DNA from: an uncultured Bacteroidales bacterium
GTDB taxonomy: Bacteria > Bacteroidota > Bacteroidia > Bacteroidales > ML635J-15
Assembly: GCA_964511665.1 (NCBI GenBank)
Contig: CAZEHA010000016.1
Location: forward strand, 242 to 64,241
Reading direction: 5' to 3'
Length of the DNA stretch: 64,000 nucleotides
The translations under genes and the position numbers were made by a program. Below the pieces are notes generated by a model. That model saw nothing but the letters and a program-made list of their open reading frames with translations, did not search any database and was not told the origin of the DNA. Each line of letters starts with the position of its first letter. The first letter of the stretch is position 1. Shown here piece by piece: positions 58,069 to 64,000 of this stretch.

Positions 58069-59904
58069 ATGAACCACAGCTTGCCGAATTACGGATTTTT
58101 ACCCACCACAAAAAAAGAAATCGACAGACTGGGTTGGGACTACATCGACGTGATACTGTTTACAGGTGATGCTTATGTCGATCATCCGGCTTTCGGAATA
58201 GCTATTGTTGCCCGTGTACTCGAAAACAATGGATTCAGAGTGGCCATTGTTCCTCAACCCAACTGGCAGGATGACCTTCGCGACTTCAAAAAACTAGGAC
58301 AACCACGCCTGTTTTTCGGTGTAACATCGGGTAACCTCGATAGCATGGTGAATCATTACACAGCCAACAAGCGACTGCGATCAGACGATGCATATACTCC
58401 CGGCAACAAAGCCGGAGCTCGCCCCGATTATGCAGTAACAGTTTATAGCAGAATACTAAAAAGTTTGTACCCCGATGTTCCTGTTGTATTGGGCGGAATC
58501 GAAGCATCGATGCGACGTTTTACACACTACGACTACTGGAGTAATAGCCTTATGCCTTCGGTGCTGGTTTCGTCGCAAGCCGATTATTTGATTTATGGAA
58601 TGGCCGAAAAGTCGATTGTTGAATTGGCAAAGAGCATACAGCACCAATTGCCCCTTACCAATATTCCTCAATTGGTGTATCGCAGTTGCAATATCGACAC
58701 AGTGAAAGATGTCGTAATCTTGTCATCGCACGATGCCTGTCTCAACGACAAACTAAAATATGCCCGCAACTTTGTGCAAATTGAAACTGAGTCGAACCGC
58801 TATAGTGCGAAAACTATCGCGCAGCCTTTTAACAACGAATATGTAGTAGCCAATCCTGCCGCGGAACCCATAAGCACCGAAGAACTTGATGCTGTTTACG
58901 CACTGCCCTACTGTCGGCTTCCGCATCCACGTTATCGAAATAAACCACCCATTCCGGCCTACGAAATGATTAAGCATAGCCTCACAATTCATCGCGGATG
59001 TTTTGGAGGTTGTAGCTTTTGCACCATCTCGGCACATCAGGGTAAGTTTATCAGCAGTCGTTCGCCGCAATCGATTATAAGAGAAGTTGAAACCATAACA
59101 AACAGCGATGCATTCACCGGCCATATTACCGATTTGGGAGGACCCTCGGCCAATATGTACGAGATGAAAGGCTTGAATAATGAAATTTGCAGAAAATGTT
59201 TAAAACCCTCATGCATTTTTCCGAAAATATGCAGTAACCTCAACACATCGCACGAGGCTTTAAACAGGCTCTACGCAAGTGTTACTTCGCTAAAAGGCAT
59301 TAAAAAACTGAGCATTGGAAGTGGAATACGATACGATTTAATTATGCATAAAACCGGAAACAAGAGTATCGACCGTATCAATGCAAGCTACTTGAGCAAT
59401 GTTATCAGAAACCATGTTTCGGGCCGTTTTAAGGTGGCTCCCGAACATACTTCCGACAGGGTATTACGACTGATGCGCAAACCTTCGTACCGGTATTTTG
59501 AAGCACTAAAAGAATTGTTCGATACCATAAATCTTTCAGTTACAAAGAAACAACAATTGATTCCCTATTTTATTTCGTCGCACCCCGGCTGCAGCATTTC
59601 TGATATGGCAGAACTGGCAGCCATTACTGCCGAACAGGGTTTTATGCTTGAGCAGGTTCAGGACTTCACTCCCACTCCAACCACACTATCAACAGTGATG
59701 TACTACACAGGTATTGATCCGTATTCGGGAGAAAAACTGTATGTTGCACGCAGCGTAGAAGAAAAAAAGGCACAGCAGAAATACTTTTTATGGTACAAAC
59801 CCGAAAACAAAGAGGCCATTGGCAAAGAATTGCGTTCTCTGCATAAAGAATTGCTATATCGCCGTATTTACCAGCACAGAACTAAATGGAAAGACCAACG
59901 ATAA
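58069..59904 (+). CDS. ygiQ: YgiQ-family radical SAM protein
   Basis: GDAYVDHP, RGCFGGCSFC, DLGGPSAN, QVQDFTPTP. Confidence 0.92.
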   Translation: MNHSLPNYGFLPTTKKEIDRLGWDYIDVILFTGDAYVDHPAFGIAIVARVLENNGFRVAIVPQPNWQDDLRDFKKLGQPRLFFGVTSGNLDSMVNHYTANKRLRSDDAYTPGNKAGARPDYAVTVYSRILKSLYPDVPVVLGGIEASMRRFTHYDYWSNSLMPSVLVSSQADYLIYGMAEKSIVELAKSIQHQLPLTNIPQLVYRSCNIDTVKDVVILSSHDACLNDKLKYARNFVQIETESNRYSAKTIAQPFNNEYVVANPAAEPISTEELDAVYALPYCRLPHPRYRNKPPIPAYEMIKHSLTIHRGCFGGCSFCTISAHQGKFISSRSPQSIIREVETITNSDAFTGHITDLGGPSANMYEMKGLNNEICRKCLKPSCIFPKICSNLNTSHEALNRLYASVTSLKGIKKLSIGSGIRYDLIMHKTGNKSIDRINASYLSNVIRNHVSGRFKVAPEHTSDRVLRLMRKPSYRYFEALKELFDTINLSVTKKQQLIPYFISSHPGCSISDMAELAAITAEQGFMLEQVQDFTPTPTTLSTVMYYTGIDPYSGEKLYVARSVEEKKAQQKYFLWYKPENKEAIGKELRSLHKELLYRRIYQHRTKWKDQR

Positions 59905-59952
59905 AAACCATGCAACAATGCACTTAATGTTGGCATTTTCCGTTATATTTGC

Positions 59953-60612
59953 ATGGTACAAACACGATGTATGAAAATAGTAAAACTCATAATGGTGCTG
60001 GCAGCTTTGCAAACCGTCACTCATTTTTTATCGGCTCAAACCATGATACATCCAAAGTTTGGCATCATTGGAATTCATCCGTTTGAAACGCCTAACCGCC
60101 ACCTATTCGAAAATCGCATCGATGCAGAAGCATGGTTTGTAACAGAACCCTTTTTTATGGTTTCGATAGAAACCCTGATATATTCCGATACTTTTTCGTG
60201 GCGATTCATGCCCGGCTTTTATAGCGATGCAGCCTCAAAACCGGCGATATGCCTTAATTTGGCACTGAAATATAAACTCTTGCAAAGCTGGCGCAATTCG
60301 GTGTACATTGTGGTGGGAGGCAGTATTTTGGGTAGAGATCAATGGAAAACCATACCCGGCTATGTTGCCGAGTCGGGGTTTACCGAAAACGGAAGCTGGG
60401 AATATCGCATATGCCCCCTTGTTGAACTTGAGTATGGTTTTTTTATAAACGACAACAGCGACTTAACCTTATCGGGAATGTTTGGGCACCAATACAAAAG
60501 CTTTACGTTTACCGTGGGCTATCGCTATTGGTTAAGCACAATAATAAAACACCCTCCTAAATGTGGCTCGTGTCCCTTCGAAAAAGCCGACAAAAAATAC
60601 AGAAAATATTAA
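59953..60612 (+). CDS. Exported hypothetical protein (outer-membrane beta-strand rich)
   Basis: Signal peptide; amphipathic strands; C-terminal CxxC. Confidence 0.55.
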   Translation: MVQTRCMKIVKLIMVLAALQTVTHFLSAQTMIHPKFGIIGIHPFETPNRHLFENRIDAEAWFVTEPFFMVSIETLIYSDTFSWRFMPGFYSDAASKPAICLNLALKYKLLQSWRNSVYIVVGGSILGRDQWKTIPGYVAESGFTENGSWEYRICPLVELEYGFFINDNSDLTLSGMFGHQYKSFTFTVGYRYWLSTIIKHPPKCGSCPFEKADKKYRKY

Positions 60613-60640
60613 GCTTACACGTAAACCTTAATTGTATATC

Positions 60641-62533
60641 ATGGAACTACTGCGAATTTTCGACATCCTTGAACTTTACAAGTCAAAATATCATTCGGCC
60701 GATGATGCCTTTTCGTACAAGCACAAAGACAACTGGATTAATTTTTCGGCAAGCGAGTATTACAACTATTCGCACTTGTTTGCCTGTGGACTTATGGCAA
60801 AAGGCTTGCAAAAGGGCGACAAAGTGGCTACCATATCGCAGAATATGCCCCACTGGAATATAGCCGACATGGGTATATCGCTGGCAGGAATGGTTCATGT
60901 GCCTATTTATCCAACTATAAGTCCGAAGGAAACCGAATATATCATCAGGCATTCTGATGCACGCATTGTGATAATTTCTGATAAGCAATTGTTTCGGAAA
61001 CTTATTGGCATCATCGAAAGCATCGAAACTATTGAGGCCATATACACTTTTAACGAAGTGGAGGATGCCGAAAACTGGGTGCAACTGATTCAATTGGCCA
61101 AAGAAGACGATGAAAATTTGCTGCAGCAACTCGAAATACGAAAATCTGAAATTTCGCCCGACGATTTACATACCATTATTTACACATCGGGCACTACCGG
61201 AAACCCCAAGGGAGTAATGCTTTCGCACGAAAACATTTTGTCGAACGCCAAAGGTGCAGTACCTATTATCCCTGTAGATTTCGGGCAGAAGGCACTCAGC
61301 TTTCTTCCTTTGTGCCACGTTTACGAACGTATGGTGAACTATGCCTTCCAAATAAAAGGAATCAGAATTTACTATGCCGAAAACATGGGTACTATTGTAA
61401 ATAACCTGAAAGAGATTCAACCTCATATTTTCAACTCGGTTCCTCGTTTACTTGAGAAATTCTACGATAGAATAATAGCTATTGGCAAAGACCTTAGTGG
61501 AATAAAAAGAGCCTTGTTTTTTTGGGCTGTAAGACTGGGAGTAAAATACAGCATTAACGGCAACAATTCGGCTATTTATAACTTTAAACTGAAGATAGCG
61601 CGAAAGCTCATTTTTAGCAAATGGCAGGCTGCTTTTGGCGGAAATATTATTACGGTGGTGTCGGGAGGTTCATCACTACAAGAACGCCTCAACAAGCTTT
61701 TTCATGCCGCCGGATTGCCCATTTGCGAGGGTTATGGACTTAGCGAAACATCGCCGGTGTTATCGGTGAACTGGCCCGACTTTAAACACAAACGACTTGG
61801 CACCGTTGGACCGGTTCTCGAGGGCGTAGAAATAAAAATTGCAGAAGACGGTGAAATTCTTGCCAAAGGGCCCAATGTGATGAAAGGATATTACAAAAAC
61901 CCCGAAGAAACCGCCAAGGTTTTTGACGAAGAAGGATGGTTCCACACCGGCGACATAGGCACCTGGATCGAAGGGCGTTTTCTGAAAATTACCGATCGTA
62001 AAAAAGAGATTTTCAAAACTTCGAGTGGTAAATATGTGGCACCGCAAGTTATCGAAAACATGTTTAAGGCTTCGAGTTTGATTGAGCAGATTATGATTGT
62101 GGGCGAAAACGAAAAATTTGTCAGTGCGCTTATATCGCCCAATTTCAACTATTTACACTTCTGGGCTACCAAGCACAAGATTCATTACCGCGACAACCCC
62201 GAGCTGATACGCCAAGCACAGGTAATACAGAAAATACAGCACGAAATCGATTTGGTGAATAAAACACTGGGTGAACACGAGAAAATCAAGCGTTTCCGTC
62301 TTGTTCACGAAGAATGGACCCCCGCAAGCGGGGAGTTATCGCCAACACTTAAGCTAAAAAGAAATGTGATTTATGCCAAATACGAAAACATACTAGAAGA
62401 GATATACGGACACGGAGCCGACAAAACCGAGAAAATGGGGAAAGAAGCCGGCGGAGAGCGCATCGAAAAGTTACTTACAAATGGCCTCAGTAAGCTGATG
62501 TCGATTACCGCACCAAGAGAAAAGGAAAAGTAA
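60641..62533 (+). CDS. Long-chain-fatty-acid--CoA ligase
   Basis: IYTSGTTGNPKG, EGYGLSE, HTGDIG, DRKKE. Confidence 0.92.
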   Translation: MELLRIFDILELYKSKYHSADDAFSYKHKDNWINFSASEYYNYSHLFACGLMAKGLQKGDKVATISQNMPHWNIADMGISLAGMVHVPIYPTISPKETEYIIRHSDARIVIISDKQLFRKLIGIIESIETIEAIYTFNEVEDAENWVQLIQLAKEDDENLLQQLEIRKSEISPDDLHTIIYTSGTTGNPKGVMLSHENILSNAKGAVPIIPVDFGQKALSFLPLCHVYERMVNYAFQIKGIRIYYAENMGTIVNNLKEIQPHIFNSVPRLLEKFYDRIIAIGKDLSGIKRALFFWAVRLGVKYSINGNNSAIYNFKLKIARKLIFSKWQAAFGGNIITVVSGGSSLQERLNKLFHAAGLPICEGYGLSETSPVLSVNWPDFKHKRLGTVGPVLEGVEIKIAEDGEILAKGPNVMKGYYKNPEETAKVFDEEGWFHTGDIGTWIEGRFLKITDRKKEIFKTSSGKYVAPQVIENMFKASSLIEQIMIVGENEKFVSALISPNFNYLHFWATKHKIHYRDNPELIRQAQVIQKIQHEIDLVNKTLGEHEKIKRFRLVHEEWTPASGELSPTLKLKRNVIYAKYENILEEIYGHGADKTEKMGKEAGGERIEKLLTNGLSKLMSITAPREKEK

Positions 62534-62690
62534 AAAACAAACAAAAAACTTGCTAACAGCTGCCCTTGGTAATGCAGCAAGAAGATTGGGTGCAAAAAGC
62601 TTTATGACCATCACCTAATGGGGCATGTTTTTACACGCGCTTTTTTTTCCTATTTTTACATCATAATTAACGCACAACAACCACTTAATT

Positions 62691-64000
62691 ATGAAAAAAC
62701 TGCTATCACTATCAGCTTGTATCATTCTACTATCGAATGTCTCCGCCCAAACCTGGCAAGAATCAGACAGCTTAAGAAATGTATATCTCGAAAAACAGAG
62801 TTTCGACACAGCATTGATTTACGCCCAGCAAGCCGCTGAATTGGTAAAAGAAGAGTTTGGCGAAATGGATACTTTATATGCGGATATGCTTAATGGACTT
62901 GTAAGTGTTTTGGGTTATTCAGGAAAATACTTTGATGCAATAGTATTTGCTGATAGGGAATTAAACATTAGGCAAAGGAAGCAAGGTGATGATCATGAAA
63001 AATATCGAGAGATTTGTACTTGGTTGGGATATTTATACACTAGCACTGGACAATACGATAAAGCAGTACAAATTTTTGAAGAGACCTTAGTTAATTACGA
63101 AAAGAATGTTGGAAAAATAAATATAAATTATTTGAGTGTTGTAAACAATCTCACAGTACTTTATACTACAATAGGTCAATATGACAAAGCATTGCAATTA
63201 TGTCTTTTCAACCGTGAAATTGCATATACAGTTTTAGGGAGTGACAATCAGTACTATTTAAAGTATTTAAACACTCTAGCGCAATTGTATGCAAGGTTAA
63301 ATCAATATCATAATGCGTTTCATATTTACCTTGAATTACGTGAAAAAGCAGAAAGTTTATATGGTAAAAAACATTTAGATTTTGTAATCTATACTCACAA
63401 TCTTGGAAATGCATATCAGCATATAGGTCAGTATGAAATGGCATTGCCACTATTTTTAGAAGCTTTTGAAATAGTCGAAATATTACTAGGGAAAGAACAT
63501 ATCAATAGTAGCCAGATACTATTTAGCATTGCAGTGTTGTATAGTACAATGGGACAATTTGACAAAGCTTTACCAATATATTTTGAGTTGAAAGACAACT
63601 ATACTAAATACCTAGGAGTTGAACACAGGGAATATGGAAATCTTCTGGGTCATATAGCAATAACATATAAACGATTGGGGCAATACGACAAAGCCTTACC
63701 ACTTTATTTGGAAGCTATAGAAATTATCGAAAAAGCACTTGGGAAAAAACATTCGGAATATGGAAGTAGTTTAAATAACCTTGCAAGCTTGTATAAAAGT
63801 ATGAACCAATACGACAAAGCCCTGCCACTGTACCTTGAGGCATTGGAAAATACTGAAAAGGCTTTGGGTAAAGATCATTCATATTATGGAGTTAGTTTAA
63901 ATAATCTTGCAAGTTTGTATAAAAGTATGGGGCAATACGACAAAGCCCTGGCTTTGAGCCTCGAGGCATTGGAAAATACTGAAAAGGCTTTGGGCAAAGC
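62691..64000 (+). CDS. Exported TPR protein (42-aa kinesin-light-chain-type repeats), 3'-truncated by the window; absent from the ORF track
   Basis: ATG 62691 MKKLLSLSACIILLSNVSAQ; repeated GQYDKALPL...LGK.H units; no stop seen before the window end. Confidence 0.85.
   Translation, partial: MKKLLSLSACIILLSNVSAQTWQESDSLRNVYLEKQSFDTALIYAQQAAELVKEEFGEMDTLYADMLNGLVSVLGYSGKYFDAIVFADRELNIRQRKQGDDHEKYREICTWLGYLYTSTGQYDKAVQIFEETLVNYEKNVGKININYLSVVNNLTVLYTTIGQYDKALQLCLFNREIAYTVLGSDNQYYLKYLNTLAQLYARLNQYHNAFHIYLELREKAESLYGKKHLDFVIYTHNLGNAYQHIGQYEMALPLFLEAFEIVEILLGKEHINSSQILFSIAVLYSTMGQFDKALPIYFELKDNYTKYLGVEHREYGNLLGHIAITYKRLGQYDKALPLYLEAIEIIEKALGKKHSEYGSSLNNLASLYKSMNQYDKALPLYLEALENTEKALGKDHSYYGVSLNNLASLYKSMGQYDKALALSLEALENTEKALGK
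63681..64000 (+). repeat. 126-bp tandem coding repeats
   Basis: CAATACGACAAAGCC at 63681, 63807 and 63933. Confidence 0.85.

Noticed and set aside
63681-64000. Regularly spaced repeats as a CRISPR array
   Set aside because: 126-bp in-frame period encoding TPR units, no unique spacers, no cas genes

Overview
Bacteroidota (Bacteroidales-like) chromosome segment, judged from TAnnTTTG promoters, a T9SS C-terminal domain and ribH-TPR-recF / parA-parB-DUF5683 synteny. Positions 1 to ~33,016 are the right-hand part of a siphovirus-like prophage integrated at the 3' end of tRNA-Pro(TGG) (33017-33091, minus strand); its left end and replication genes lie outside the window. It carries an S49 protease, major capsid, probable tail tube, a -1 frameshift gene pair, a ParB/PP-loop(IbrA-like)/HNH/ParB(IbrB-like) cassette, a SymE-like moron, terminase, portal, tape measure, lysis genes, tail-tip genes, a DinD + lipoprotein operon and a tyrosine integrase. 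Positions 33.1-64 kb are mostly ordinary host genes. Most notable: (1) seven phage promoters with a TGTCCTTT-like box starting exactly 28 nt before a Bacteroidetes -7-like box, one of which drives the ParB/PP-loop/HNH/ParB cassette (candidate packaging-coupled DNA modification system); (2) a C-terminal domain apparently shared by capsid and tail tube, plus a membrane-anchor leader on the tail tube; (3) a C4/CI-like antisense RNA switch at 30766-30920. Product calls come from motif recognition and gene context only; no database search was run.
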